The notes below the pieces were generated by a model. The model saw only the letters and a list, made by a program, of their open reading frames with translations, did not search any database and was not told the DNA's origin. A program made the position numbers and the translations under genes. A stretch of 63,840 nucleotides of DNA, counting the filler, from a bacterium (GTDB lineage: Bacteria; JADJOY01): assembly GCA_046331705.1 (NCBI GenBank). It is 4 parts of 4 records of this genome, joined end to end, with 100 filler letters (N's around TTAATTAATTAA, not from the genome) between each part and the next. Parts side by side here need not be neighbours in the genome. Positions count along the whole stretch, not along the records: positions 18,249 to 36,273 come from JAXLQJ010000093.1; positions 36,374 to 54,169 come from JAXLQJ010000094.1; 2 more parts are not named here. One strand, given 5' to 3'. Shown here one piece after another: positions 29,787 to 41,583 of this stretch (the stretch's first letter is position 1; each line of letters starts with the position of its first letter).

Positions 29787-30511
29787 AAACCAAGACTTCG
29801 GGCTTCGGCGTCGAGCGCCGTGCCCGCGAGATGGCCGAGCGCGAGCGCGTGATCCTGTGCGCCGCGGAGCGGCTGATCGGCGACCACGGCTTCCACGGCG
29901 CCGGCATGTGCGAGATCGCACGCGAGGCTGAGTACGCGATCGGTACGCTCTACGGCCTCTTCCCGAGCAAGGAGGTGCTCTTCGAGCGACTGGTGGAATC
30001 GCGCGCACAGGAGCTCGCGACCGCGATCCATGCGGCGCTTGCCGGCACGGGAACCGTGCGCGAACGGCTCGCGCACGCCTGGCGCGCGAAGCTCGCGTTC
30101 TTCGTCCGCCACCTCCACTTCCTGCGGATCTACGCAGCCGCGTCGCCCATGGCCTCGACGGTCTGGGGCGCGCCGGCGGGAGCGGCGCGGATCCGCCGCG
30201 ACACGCTGCGCGCCGTCGCCGACACGATCGCCGAGGGCCAGCGCCTGGGCGAGCTCGACCCCGGCGCCTCCGCCCTGGATCTGGCCGTGGCGTTCCAGAA
30301 CCTCTCGACGAGCTTCCTGATCGAGGCCGTGACCGAGAACGGCGAGCTCGCGCAGGAGCGCGCGCACGACGCGATGGAGCGCGTCTACTTCGAGCGCACC
30401 CTCGGTGCTCCACCCGCGCGCAGCCGCGGGCGCGCGCGCGGCGGCGCTACCGTACCCACGGCTCGGGCCCGCCGCGCTGCGGTGCGCACCACGCCGCGGG
30501 CGCGCCGATGA
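29768..30511 (+). CDS. TetR/AcrR family regulator
   Basis: HTH GFHGAGMCEIAREAEYAIGTLYGLFPSKE. Start is 29768 or 29831. Confidence 0.9.
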   Translation: MIRSSIQTKTSGFGVERRAREMAERERVILCAAERLIGDHGFHGAGMCEIAREAEYAIGTLYGLFPSKEVLFERLVESRAQELATAIHAALAGTGTVRERLAHAWRAKLAFFVRHLHFLRIYAAASPMASTVWGAPAGAARIRRDTLRAVADTIAEGQRLGELDPGASALDLAVAFQNLSTSFLIEAVTENGELAQERAHDAMERVYFERTLGAPPARSRGRARGGATVPTARARRAAVRTTPRARR

Positions 30512-31920
30512 GCACCGATCCGAGGCGAGTCACGGGCGATCACGCGCCCGCTCACCGAGGCCGCGCGCGTCTCGTGGCGGCGCTGCTGGCGGTCGCGATC
30601 GCATCGCTCGTCGGGGGCGCTTCGGCCCACGCCGACACCGCGTCGCTGGCGCTCGCTGCCGCCTCCGACACGCCGGCCAGCGCGTCGCCCGCGCTCGATC
30701 TGGAGCAGGCCTTCGATCGGGCCCTCGCCACCGACCAGTCCATCCGGTCCGCGGTGGAGGCGGTGGCCAAGGCCGATCTCCTGCCCTGGAGCGGGCTCAC
30801 GCGTCTCGCGCCGCGAATCACCGCTCAGGGCCGCTACGACAAGCCCGAGCACGACATCACGTCGAACCTCGGCCCCACGCGGGTGGAGACCCGCAGCGCG
30901 TCGATCACCCTCGAGCAGCCGCTGCTCGATCTCACGGCGATCCCCGCCTATCGCCAGGGCACGCTCGCCGCGGACGCCGCGCGGCTTCGCCAGCGCTTCG
31001 CCGCGCGCAACCTGCTCTTCGCGGTGGCCGAGGCCTACTTCGAGGTCCTGAAGCAAGCGCGCATCTCCGCGGTGACCACGCAGACACTCGAGCTCGCCGA
31101 GGCACAGCTCAGGCTGGCCCAGCGCCGCTTCCAGGTCGGCGAGGTCACCAGGACCGACGAGCTGCGAGCGCGGGTGGTCGTGGAACGCGAGCACCAACGC
31201 CAGATCGAGGCCGAGAACGCGCTGCGCCTCGCTCGTCACACGCTGGCGAGCATCCTCAACCTCCCGAGCGGGGACGAGCTCCGGCTCGTCGAGCCGCCGC
31301 CGCTCGATGCGGCGCTGCCGGCGCTCGACGAGGCCGAATCGCGGGCGACGGCGCACCGCGAGGATCTCGCTGCGTCGCGTCTCGAGATCGAGCAGCAGCA
31401 AGAGCGACGCCTCGAGACGCTCGCGCAATACGCGCCGCGCATCGCCGGCACCTGGACGGATCAATGGCTCGATCCCGAGACGTTCTCGACCCGCAACGAC
31501 TTCTGGGAGGCGACCGTCGGCATCGAGATCCCCCTCTTCGAGGGCGGTCAGCGCGAGCTGGACGTCGCCAACGTGCGCCACGACATCACCACGACGCGGC
31601 TCGCTCACGAGAGCCTCGCCAAGTCCATCGACCTGGACGTGCGGGATGCCTGGCTGAGCGTCCGCACGCTCACCGAGACCCTCGATGCGCTGCGCGCGCA
31701 GGTCGCGGCTGCGGAGGAGAATTACCGCGACCTCGAGAGCCAGTACCGCGCGGGGGAGGCGACCAGCCTCGACCTCCAGAGCGCGCTCACGGACCTCGGC
31801 ACCTCGCGAACCGACCTCGCCGCGCGCACCTTCGACCTCGAGATCGCGCTGCGGAACCTGGAGCGCGCCGAGGGCTCGTTCCAGGACGCGCGCGTCGCCG
31901 GATGGGGGCAGCCACGATGA
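30508..31920 (+). CDS. TolC-family outer membrane efflux protein
   Basis: Signal peptide, LEQPL, AEAYFEVL, RFQVGEVTRTD, IPLFEGG, YRAGEAT. Confidence 0.9.
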   Translation: MSTDPRRVTGDHAPAHRGRARLVAALLAVAIASLVGGASAHADTASLALAAASDTPASASPALDLEQAFDRALATDQSIRSAVEAVAKADLLPWSGLTRLAPRITAQGRYDKPEHDITSNLGPTRVETRSASITLEQPLLDLTAIPAYRQGTLAADAARLRQRFAARNLLFAVAEAYFEVLKQARISAVTTQTLELAEAQLRLAQRRFQVGEVTRTDELRARVVVEREHQRQIEAENALRLARHTLASILNLPSGDELRLVEPPPLDAALPALDEAESRATAHREDLAASRLEIEQQQERRLETLAQYAPRIAGTWTDQWLDPETFSTRNDFWEATVGIEIPLFEGGQRELDVANVRHDITTTRLAHESLAKSIDLDVRDAWLSVRTLTETLDALRAQVAAAEENYRDLESQYRAGEATSLDLQSALTDLGTSRTDLAARTFDLEIALRNLERAEGSFQDARVAGWGQPR

Positions 31921-33134
31921 CCGAATGCGATTCACAACCCTTCCTCGAGCCGCGCGTGCGCGCCGCCGCGCTGGCGTTCCTCGTGCTGGCGGGCGCGTGC
32001 TCGAAGGCCTCGCGCTCGCCGTCCGCCGTCGCCGCGAAGCCGCCGCCTCCCACCGTGACGGCGAGCCTCGCCACGCGCGAGGACGTGCCCATCGAGATCC
32101 GCGCCATCGGCACCGTGAAGGCGCACCACACGGTGTCGGTGCGCAGCCGCGTGCCGGGCGAGCTCGCCCAGGCGCTCTTTCGTGAAGGCGACGAGATCGC
32201 GGCGGGCACACCCATCTTCCAGATCGATCCGCGCCCCTACCAGGCGGCATTGGAGCAGGCGCAGGCCGTGCTCGAGCGCGATCGCGCGCTGCTGGTCAAG
32301 GCGCAGGCCGACATGAGCCGCGCCGACGAGCTCAAGCGCGACGGATCCATCTCGCAGGCAACCTACGATCAGCGCTGGTCGGACCTCGCGGCCCGCAAGG
32401 CCAGCGTCGGCGCCGACGAGTCCGCCGTGCGCTCGGCCCGGCTCGAGCTCGACTACGCGACGATCCACTCGCCGATCACCGGGCGTGCCGGCGCGCTGCT
32501 GGTCGACGTCGGCAACGTCGTGAAGGAGAACGACACCGTGTTGGTGACCATCCGCGAGATCCGCCCCATCCATCTCGTGTTCTCGGTTCCCGCCCAGCAC
32601 CTCGCACGGCTGCGGGAACGATTCGCGCAAGGTCCCGTCGCCGTCGACGCACAGGTCTCGGACCCGGGCGTTCCGATGGCCCACGGCAAGCTGGTGCTGA
32701 TCGAGAACGCGATCGATCCCGCCACCGGGACGATCCAGCTCGAGGCCGAGATCGCCAACGACGACGAGCGGCTCTGGCCGGGGCAGTTCGCGGAGACGGT
32801 GCTCACCCTGGGAACCCTGCGCGACGCCACGGTCGTGCCAGGGCAGGCGGTGCAGGAGGCGCAACAGGGCTCCTACGTCTTCGTCGTGAAGGCCGATCAG
32901 ACCGTGGAGCAGCGGCCGGTTCGCGTCGGCGAGCGGCGCGCGGATCGCGCGGTCATCGAGGAAGGCGTGGCGCCGGGCGAGCAGGTCGTGACCAGCGGTT
33001 CGCTGCGGCTGGTGGCGGGGATGACGGTGCGCGTCGCGGCGCCCGCGAATGCCACGGCGCGAGGCGACGCGCAGCCGACCGGCGCCAGCTCCGCCACTCC
33101 GGCGAGCGCGACGCCGATCGAGAAGAAGACGTGA
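31917..33134 (+). CDS. RND membrane fusion protein (MdtA-like)
   Basis: LAGAC lipobox; IDPRPYQA, ISPITG-like IHSPITGRAG, IDPATGT, LWPGQF. Confidence 0.92.
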   Translation: MTECDSQPFLEPRVRAAALAFLVLAGACSKASRSPSAVAAKPPPPTVTASLATREDVPIEIRAIGTVKAHHTVSVRSRVPGELAQALFREGDEIAAGTPIFQIDPRPYQAALEQAQAVLERDRALLVKAQADMSRADELKRDGSISQATYDQRWSDLAARKASVGADESAVRSARLELDYATIHSPITGRAGALLVDVGNVVKENDTVLVTIREIRPIHLVFSVPAQHLARLRERFAQGPVAVDAQVSDPGVPMAHGKLVLIENAIDPATGTIQLEAEIANDDERLWPGQFAETVLTLGTLRDATVVPGQAVQEAQQGSYVFVVKADQTVEQRPVRVGERRADRAVIEEGVAPGEQVVTSGSLRLVAGMTVRVAAPANATARGDAQPTGASSATPASATPIEKKT

Positions 33135-36100
33135 ACGTCTCCGCCCCCGCCATCCGCCGCCCCGTCGCCACCACGTTGGTGATGCTCGGGGTCGCGATCT
33201 TCGGCGTGCTCGCGTTTCGCGGGCTGCCGGTGAGCGATCTGCCGAGCGTCGATTTCCCGACGATGAACGTGACCGCCAGCCTGCCGGGCGCCAATCCCGA
33301 GACCATGGCGTCGGCGGTCGCCACGCCGCTCGAGCGCCAGTTCTCGACGATCGCCGGGCTCGACTCGATGAGCTCGGTGAGCACCCTCGGCAACACGCAG
33401 ATCACGCTGGTCTTCGACCTGAGCCGCAAGATCAACGACGTCGCCCCCGACGTGCAGTCCGCGATCGCCGCGGCGGGGTCGCTGCTGCCGCCGGGTATGC
33501 CGGTGCCGCCCACCTACAAGAAGGTCAACCCGGCGGATCAGCCGATCCTCTACCTCGCCATCACGTCGAAGACGATGCCGCTCTGGGACCTCGACGAGTA
33601 CGCCGAGACGCTCATGGCGCAGCGCATCTCGATGATCGACGGCGTGGCGCAGGTCGGCGTCTTCGGCTCGCAGAAATACGCCGTTCACGTCGAGGTCGAC
33701 CCGGACGCGATGGCGAGTCGCGGCATCGGCATCGACGAGGTCGAGACCGCGGTCCGCAAGGCGAACGTGAACCTGCCCGTCGGGACGGTCGATGGCCGCC
33801 ACCGCTCGTACACGATCCGCGCCTCGGGCCAGCTCCTGGACGCAGCGCCCTACGGCGACGTCGTCGTCACCTACACCAAGGGCGCGCCCGTGCGGGTGCG
33901 CGACATCGGCCGCGCGGTGGACGGTGCGGAGGACGACCGCACCGCCGCCTGGTTCGTCGATCGCGAGGGCGGAAGCCGCCGCTCGCTGATCCTCGCCATC
34001 CAGCGTCAGCCCGGCGCGAACACGGTCGCGGTGGCCGACGAGATCAAGCAACTGCTGCCCACGCTTCAGTCGTACCTGCCGCCGGCGGTGGAGCTGCACG
34101 TGCTCTACGATCGCTCGATCTCGATCCGCAGCTCGGTGCGCGAGGTCGAGATCACGCTGATCCTGAGCTTCGTGCTGGTGGTGGCCGTGGTCTTCCTGTT
34201 CCTTCGCAACGTGTCGGCCACCGTGATTCCCAGCCTGGCCCTGCCGCTCAGCATCGTGGGCACCTTCGCCGCCATGGGCTTGCTCGGCTACACGGTCGAC
34301 AACTTGTCGATGATGGCCCTGATTCTCGCCATCGGCTTCGTGATCGACGACGCCATCGTGATGCTCGAGAACATCGTGCGCCATCACGAGATGGGCGAGC
34401 GCGGCGTGCAGGCGGCGCTCGCCGGCTCGTCGGAGATCGGATTCACGATCCTTTCCATGACGGTGTCGCTGGCCGCGGTGTTCATTCCGATCCTGCTCAT
34501 GGGCGGTGTGATCGGAAAGCTCTTCCGCGAGTTCGCGGTGGTGATCTGCGTCGCGATCCTGCTCTCGGGCGTGGTGTCGCTGACGCTCACTCCGATGCTC
34601 TGCAGCCGCTTCCTCCGCCCCACCGAGCCCGCCGAGCAAGGCGCGCTGTTCCGCTGGTCGGAGCGGATCTTCCAGGCGTGGCTCGGCCTCTACACGCGCT
34701 CGCTCGACTTCGTGCTTCGCCATCGCCGCGCGACCCTGCTCGTGAACGTCGCGGTCCTCGCGGTGATGGTGTTGATCTACCCGCGGGTGCCGAAGGGGTT
34801 TCTTCCCGACGAGGACAACAGCCAGATCTTCACGGTGACCGAGACGCCGCAGGGCACGTCGTTCCAGGAGCTCAAGGCGCGCCAGCAGGCCGTCATGGCG
34901 GCGATCCAGGACGACCCCAACATCGAGGCGTTCTTCTCGAACATCGGCGGCGTGGGCTCGGCGAGCCTGGGCGGACAGAACTTCGGCCGCATGTTCCTGC
35001 ACCTGAAGCCGCGCGACGAGCGCACGCTCGACGTCAATGGCGTGATCGCCGAGCTGCGCACCAAGCTCGCCGCCGTGCCGGGGATCGTCGCCTACCCCCA
35101 GAACCCGCCCACCATCCGAATCGGCGGTCAGCTCACCAAGAGCCTCTACCAGTTCACGCTTGAGAGCCCGGATCTCGACAGTCTCTACGAATCCGTGCCG
35201 GCGTTCGAGGCCAAGCTGCGCGGCCTGCCGGACCTGACGGACGTCAACAGCGACCTCCAGCTGCGCAACCCGCAGCTCTCGATCGACATCGACCGCGACC
35301 AGGCCGCGGTGCGCGGTCTCACGGCCGATCCGATCGAGAGCGCGCTCGCCAACGCCTACGGCCCGCGCTGGATCTCCACCATCTACGCGCCCAACAACCA
35401 GTATCGTGTGCTGCTCGAGCTCGACCCCGTGGACCGGGCCGATCCCGCGCTGCTCTCGAAGCTCTACGTGCGCGCTGCGAGCGGCGCGCTGGTGCCGCTC
35501 GATGCCGTGACGCGGCGACGCGAGACGGTGGGGCCGCAGGCCATCAGCCACGTCGGGCAGCTACCCGCCGTCACGGTCTCGTTCAACCTGAAGCCCGGCG
35601 CGTCGCTGGGCGCGGCGACGACACAGGTTCAGCAAGCGGCGCGGGAGACGCTGCCACCGTCCATCAGCACCAGCTTCCAGGGGTCGGCGCAGGCGTTCCG
35701 CTCGTCGCTCTCCGGGCTCGGGTGGCTGCTGCTGCTCTCGATCTTCTTCATCTACCTCGTGCTCGGCGTCCTCTACGAGAGCTTCGTGCACCCGCTGACG
35801 ATCCTTTCGGGTCTGCCGTCCGCCGGATTCGGGGCGCTCCTCACGCTCTGGCTCTTCGGCGCCGAGCTCAACCTGTACTCGTTCATCGGCCTCATCATGC
35901 TGATCGGCATCGTCAAGAAAAACGCGATCATGCAGATCGACTTCGCGCTGGAGGCGCAGCGCACGCGCGGCGTGAGCGCGCTCGAGGCGATTCGCGAGGG
36001 CTGCATCCTGCGGTTCCGGCCGATCATGATGACCACCATGGCGGCGCTCTGCGGTGCGTTGCCGATCGCCGTGGGCGTCGGAGCGGGGGGCGGAGGGCGA

Positions 36101-36273
36101 CGCGCGCTCGGGCTCACGGTGGTGGGCGGGCTGCTCACCTCGCAGCTCATCACGCTCTACCTGACGCCGGTGATGTTTCTCTACATGAATCGCGCGTGGG
36201 ATCGGCTGACGTCACGCGGGCGACGCACGTCGATCGACGCCGGCGCCCAGCCAGCGTCGCTCACGGGTCCGCA
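33131..36273 (+). CDS. RND efflux permease (MdtB/MdtC-like); stop lost at contig end
   Basis: IRRPVAT, DDAIVMLENI, TLTPMLC, GIVKKNAIM, RFRPIMMTT. Confidence 0.95.
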
Positions 36274-36373
36274 NNNNNNNNNNNNNNNNNNNNNNNNNNN
36301 NNNNNNNNNNNNNNNNNTTAATTAATTAANNNNNNNNNNNNNNNNNNNNNNNNNNNNNNNNNNNNNNNNNNNN
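36274..36373. other. Artificial contig spacer
   Basis: N-run with TTAATTAATTAA. Confidence 0.98.
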
Positions 36374-36761
36374 ACCCGCCGCCGCAGCTGCCGCAGGCGG
36401 GCGCGCTTCCCGTGGCGTGTTTTCGTGGACAGCCATCGAACTCTCTGCAACCATGGGCCGCTCGAAATCGCCGGGTCTTGGGCCGAGCTCCACGCGGGAC
36501 GTGCTTCGGGAACGCGACGAGCTGCATGCGGTGTGGACCTCTGTCGAGCGAGGTGATTCGGGGAGACGCCGGGGTGTGGGGCGTACGAGGACCTTTCCGA
36601 TGACTCCGCGAACCGTCGGCGATCGGCAACCAGCGCGCGTCACTCGAGCGCCACGTTGCCACGGGAGCTTGGCGGGATCGGCCCGACGAAAGCGGTTCCT
36701 TGCCGCGTCCGGCACGGGCAGGGGCGTCGAACCAACGTTTTTCTCGAGGGGGCGAGCGTTC

Positions 36762-39700
36762 ATGGAAGGTCGGCGATGGATCGCGGTGGTGGGCCTCTTG
36801 TTGGCGACGGGGCTGAGCGCCTGCGGCGGTTCCGATTCTTCGTCGGCCGGCCGCACGTTCACGATCCAGGCTGGCGCGAACGCCACCACCGACATGGTGG
36901 CGGCGATGGTGCAAGCCGCGCCGGGCGACGTGATCCAGTTCGACTGCGGCTACTTCGAGCTGAGCACGACGCTCACGATCATCAACACCGAGGACGTGCG
37001 CATCCGCGGCTGCGGCCGGGACCAGACCGTGCTGTCGTTCCGCGCGGCGAACTCCGCGCAGGGCATTCTCGTCGTCAACGTTCACGGCATCACGATCCAG
37101 GATCTCACCGTCCTGGATTCCGGTGGCAACGGCATCGAGCTGCGTGGCGTCGATCACGGCACGTTGCAGCGCGTGCGAGCGATGTGGTCCTCGGGCGGCG
37201 GCCGCGCCAGCGCGGATCCGATCACCGCAGCCAACTACGCCGAGGACGGCTTCCGGCGGCTCAACGTGCCTTGCACCGAACCGTCGAGCCACAAGCCCGG
37301 TACGCCCGGCGGCGGTGCTTCGCCCGACTACACCATGGACGCGAACAACGGCCGCTATGCGATCTATCCGGTGCTCTCGAAGAACGTCCTGATCGAGGAT
37401 TCCGAGGGCGTCGGCGCCTCGGACGCGGGGATCTACGTCGGCCAGAGCAACGACGCGATCATGCGTCGCAACCGCGCCGTCTACAACCCATTCGGCTTCG
37501 AGATCGAGAACGTCCAGGCTGGTGAGTACGACGGCAATCTCGCCGAGTGCAACACCGGCGGCATGCTGGTCTACGACCTCGACGGGCTCACGCAGTACGG
37601 CGAACGCACCCGCGTGCACGGAAACGTCATCCGCAAGAACAACAGCTACAACGTGGCGACCCATCCGGGCCTGGTGCGGCTGGTGCCGGCGGGCACGGGC
37701 ATCATCACGCTGGGCTACGACCGCATCGACGTCTTCGACAACGAGTTCCGCGACAACGACACGGTCGGCTTTCTGCACATGTCCTATGCGTTGTTTCCGA
37801 AGAGCGACCAGCCCACCGATCGCCGGCTCGACGGCTACAGCGAGGGTGTTCACCTCTTCAAGAACCGCTTCTTCAACAACGGCAACGCGCCGGCGATGCC
37901 GACGCTCGAGGACCTGTCGGGCGGCGACATCATCAAGGCGTTCCCGCTCCTGATGGCCGTCAAGAACCTGGTGGCCTGCGGCAAGTCCGAGAACGCGGGC
38001 GTCTGCGCCGGGGGAAGCGGCCTGCGCGGCGGTCACATCATGTGGGACGGTCTGCTCGACGACTACGATGCCGACTGCCCCTACCCGGTGGACGCAGCAG
38101 GCAATCCCTTGCCGAAGGACGCTCTCGGCAAGCCGATCGAAGGCAACCAGTACCCGAATCCCGCCTGTCACTACAACGCGTACAAGTTCGACACCGCCCG
38201 CGAGGGCGCACCGCGGATCAAGCCCGACTGGGCCGCGTCGTGCATCGACGACGACAACCAGCTGAGCAGCGACAGCCTGCCGTTCGCCAACTTCCACGGG
38301 CTCCAAGGCCTGGAGTGGCTCATCGAATCCCAAGTGGATCCGGGCAAGCCCGAAGCCGTGGCGACGATGCTCGCCAAGGTCGGTCCCGCCGCTTCGACGC
38401 AATTCGCGTCGGACTTCGACATGGCGCCACACCGCTGCGTCGCGCAGTACGGCGCGAACCTGCCGCTCTTGCCGAAAGTGACGATTCCACCGTTCGAGCG
38501 CAGTGGTGACTACGATCCGGCGCCCAGCGCGGCGGAAGTCGCGAAGCGATGCGACGCGAGCGTGCCCGCCGGCCAGGCGAACCACGCCGCCGCGAGCGTC
38601 GACTGTCCGACGCTCGATTCTTACCATTTGTTCTCCGATCCGGAGGATCCGCGCAGCGCACCGAACGGCGGCGTGCCCTGGGTGCTCACCACCAAGCTCT
38701 TCTCCGACTACGCGGTGAAGTACCGCGTCGCCTTCCTGCCTCCGGGTGCGCAGGCGAGCTACAACGACAAGGCCAGCAACGGCGTCGACGCGACGCTGGT
38801 CTTTCCGGTGGGAACGATCCTCGCCAAGACGTTTGCGTTCGCGAACGAGACCACCCACACCGAGACACCGGTGGAGACGCGGCTCTTGATCAAGCGCGTG
38901 ACCTCGAAGGGCCAGGTCCACTGGGACGGCGCGGCCTACGTCTGGAGCACCGACGCCGCCACCGGCAAGCGCGTGGCGAAGCTGGCGCTGGGCGGTGCGA
39001 CGGCCGCGCCGTCCTGGGACTACCACGACGTGGACTCCGGCGTGCGTCACGCTGGCGCCACGCAGCACTACGTGATTCCGAGCCGCGCACAGTGCCTGAC
39101 CTGCCACTCGGCGCAGAACAAGGAGCCCGGCGCTTCGCCGATCGGTCTCAAGGTGCGCTTCATGAACCGGCCCTACGCCGCCGAGTCGAACCTCCAAAGC
39201 GGCCAGAGCGCGCCGGCCATGCTCGGCCAGAACCAGCTCCAGTACTGGTGCAGCCAGGGCGTGCTCGGTGGCTGCCCGGCCGATCTCGGCGTGGACGCGA
39301 CGACACAGATCGCCTCTCACCTGGAGCGCATCCCGGTGTTCAACAAGCCGGGCGATTCCGGTTTCCCGGCCAACTCGCCGCAGGACGTCGAGGCCCGCGC
39401 CCGCGCCTACCTCGAGGTGAACTGCGAGCATTGCCACAGCCCGGGCGGATTCGCCGCCAGCACCGGCCTCTACCTCGATTCCTTCCGCCCGATCGACTCG
39501 AGCTTCGGCATCTGCAAGCAGCCGACCGCGGCCGGTCAGGAGGGCAGCGGGCTACGCACCTACGACATCCAGCCCGGCGCCGCGCACAAGTCGATCCTCG
39601 AGTTCCGGATCAGTCCCGAGGCCACCACGCCGGGCGCCGTGATGCCGCCGCTGGCGCGCAGCGTCGTACACGACGAGGGCCACGAGCTGATCGAGCAATG

Positions 39701-39767
39701 GATCGACGAGGTCGTGACCGCGGACGAGCAGCGCTATCCGGGCTCGACGAGCTGCGCGGGGAAGTGA
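36762..39767 (+). CDS. Lipoprotein: parallel beta-helix domain fused to SO2930-like diheme cytochrome c domain
   Basis: LSAC lipobox; YAIYPV, GASDAGIYVGQS, GFEIEN, NTGGMLVYDL; LFSDYAVKYR, FPVGTILAKTF, ETRLL, CLTCH, ARAYLEVNCEHCH, MPPLARSVVHDEG. Confidence 0.88.
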   Translation: MEGRRWIAVVGLLLATGLSACGGSDSSSAGRTFTIQAGANATTDMVAAMVQAAPGDVIQFDCGYFELSTTLTIINTEDVRIRGCGRDQTVLSFRAANSAQGILVVNVHGITIQDLTVLDSGGNGIELRGVDHGTLQRVRAMWSSGGGRASADPITAANYAEDGFRRLNVPCTEPSSHKPGTPGGGASPDYTMDANNGRYAIYPVLSKNVLIEDSEGVGASDAGIYVGQSNDAIMRRNRAVYNPFGFEIENVQAGEYDGNLAECNTGGMLVYDLDGLTQYGERTRVHGNVIRKNNSYNVATHPGLVRLVPAGTGIITLGYDRIDVFDNEFRDNDTVGFLHMSYALFPKSDQPTDRRLDGYSEGVHLFKNRFFNNGNAPAMPTLEDLSGGDIIKAFPLLMAVKNLVACGKSENAGVCAGGSGLRGGHIMWDGLLDDYDADCPYPVDAAGNPLPKDALGKPIEGNQYPNPACHYNAYKFDTAREGAPRIKPDWAASCIDDDNQLSSDSLPFANFHGLQGLEWLIESQVDPGKPEAVATMLAKVGPAASTQFASDFDMAPHRCVAQYGANLPLLPKVTIPPFERSGDYDPAPSAAEVAKRCDASVPAGQANHAAASVDCPTLDSYHLFSDPEDPRSAPNGGVPWVLTTKLFSDYAVKYRVAFLPPGAQASYNDKASNGVDATLVFPVGTILAKTFAFANETTHTETPVETRLLIKRVTSKGQVHWDGAAYVWSTDAATGKRVAKLALGGATAAPSWDYHDVDSGVRHAGATQHYVIPSRAQCLTCHSAQNKEPGASPIGLKVRFMNRPYAAESNLQSGQSAPAMLGQNQLQYWCSQGVLGGCPADLGVDATTQIASHLERIPVFNKPGDSGFPANSPQDVEARARAYLEVNCEHCHSPGGFAASTGLYLDSFRPIDSSFGICKQPTAAGQEGSGLRTYDIQPGAAHKSILEFRISPEATTPGAVMPPLARSVVHDEGHELIEQWIDEVVTADEQRYPGSTSCAGK

Positions 39768-39902
39768 CCGTTCGAGTCGCCCTCGAATCGGTGTCGCCGA
39801 CGGAGAGGGGGCTCGTGAGCGCGGCGACTGGTTCCGCGCGCGATTGGCAGGGCCATCGATTTCGTCAGCGCGTGACGACCGAGCGGCCTTCCGCCGCTGC
39901 GC

Positions 39903-41207
39903 TCACGCCACGTGCGCGGGGTGGGCTGCGTCGGGTCGCAGGAGATCGTGCTCGCGCTTGGCGAAGTAGCTGTCGAGGAGCGTGCGCTGGCGCGCGCGGT
40001 TGCGTTCGAGGTGGCGGTCGAGCGCGCCACCTCCGCGCAGCTGGTAATACGAGGCGGTGGCGAAGCGGACGGGCGCGCTGAGCAGCGGATACCACGGGAA
40101 GCTCAGGACCGGCAGCCCCAGCTGACGCCGCCGAAACGGCCCCAAGATCAGCGACGAGTTGCTGAGGTGCTTGTGGTACTCGAGGCGGCGTTTCCAGGCA
40201 GCCGCCCGTGGGCGATCGTCGTGGTCCGGCACGTATCGGCCGAGCGGCTCGTCCCGAAGCGCCGTGGCGAGACGCCGGGCGGTCTGGTCCGGCCAGCGGT
40301 GGGTGAGGAACGCGTGGTAGAGCTTGCGCAGCCCGTCACCTTCGGTCTTGGCGAGGAACGACTCGTCGACGCCGGAGAGGTAGCCCACGTAGCGCCACAG
40401 GTGCATCGCCGCCGCGGCGTCGTTGCGTCCCACCGGCACGCCGAAGAGACGCATGCCGAGCAGTGAGACCGGGCCGAAGGCGAGGTAGGTCGCGAGCATG
40501 TCGACCTGGTTGATCGGCACGCCCCAGCGCTCGGCGTTCCAGTCGGAACGGCGTGCGACCTGCCGCCGTATCAGGGCGTGGATGAGGCGGACGCGCAAGG
40601 TGCTGATGAAGCCGGGGCCGAAGCGCTCGAGGCCGCGGGTTTCGGTCACGTCGCTCAGCCACTTGCCGGTCTCGCCGATGCGCAGCGCGGTGTCCTTGGT
40701 GAGCGCGCCCGCGAGCGCGAGCGTCTGGTTCATGGTGTTGAAGTAGGAATAGCCACCCATGAGCGCGAGATCGCGGAGCACGTAGAACCCCGCATTGCCC
40801 GCCAAGCGGCTGGCGCGGATTCCGCGCGCCACCAGGCTTCGATCGAGCCAGGGCGGATCGCGGTCGACGAGCGCGAAGAACCGGCGCAGTGGCTCACCGG
40901 GAGAGGGGATCGACTGGATGCCTCTCGCGAGCGCGCGCTCGAAGCTCGCCTTGCGCTCGCGAGGCTGGTTCTCGAACATCCACGCGACCAGCTCGTCCAT
41001 CGCGGGATCGCCGCGCCAGAGCGCCGCCTCGATCTCGCGCCACTCGTCGTCCGTGGGCGCGAGGGGTGCGCCGAAGATGCGCCGCGCGAGCGCGGCGGGC
41101 AGCCACTGGACGCGGGCGATCCGGGTGGAGCGCATCCTCGTCGGGCGAGGGGGCGCGGAAGGCTCGCTCGACGTGGCCCTCGCATGGGAGCGGCTGGCTT
41201 CCGTCAT
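39903..41207 (-). CDS. MpaB/DUF2236 (Lcp-like) oxygenase family protein
   Basis: GDPAMD, LMGGY, RIGETGKW, LRVRLIHALIR, WGVPINQVDM, HLWRYVGYLSGV. Confidence 0.88.
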   Translation of the reverse strand: MTEASRSHARATSSEPSAPPRPTRMRSTRIARVQWLPAALARRIFGAPLAPTDDEWREIEAALWRGDPAMDELVAWMFENQPRERKASFERALARGIQSIPSPGEPLRRFFALVDRDPPWLDRSLVARGIRASRLAGNAGFYVLRDLALMGGYSYFNTMNQTLALAGALTKDTALRIGETGKWLSDVTETRGLERFGPGFISTLRVRLIHALIRRQVARRSDWNAERWGVPINQVDMLATYLAFGPVSLLGMRLFGVPVGRNDAAAAMHLWRYVGYLSGVDESFLAKTEGDGLRKLYHAFLTHRWPDQTARRLATALRDEPLGRYVPDHDDRPRAAAWKRRLEYHKHLSNSSLILGPFRRRQLGLPVLSFPWYPLLSAPVRFATASYYQLRGGGALDRHLERNRARQRTLLDSYFAKREHDLLRPDAAHPAHVA

Positions 41208-41583
41208 CCGAAGTTCCTCGCTGCCGTTCGGGAGGAGGCTGCGCCACCGTGGCCGGCGGCGATCTCCGTTCGGTCCGCGATCATACCGAGATCGACGCTT
41301 CGCAGGCGTGGCGCTTCGCGAGCGGCACGTCACCGCACTCGGAGTGGCCCGGGGTGGAGATGCCGATCGCCGCGTTGCGAGCCCCGGTGAGCCGTGCCTC
41401 GTCGTCGATCTGCAAGTCCCGGGGCGGCGCACGGCGGCGCCAGTGAACCAGCCGCCGCCGACGCCGAACGAGCGCGCGTGCGTGGCGAGCGTCGGTACTC
41501 GCGCGATCCGCGGGATGAGCCCGCGCCGCACACGCGTCCCTCGCGATGCGGAAGCATGGGCATCCGGCCTGCAACCAGCCGGC

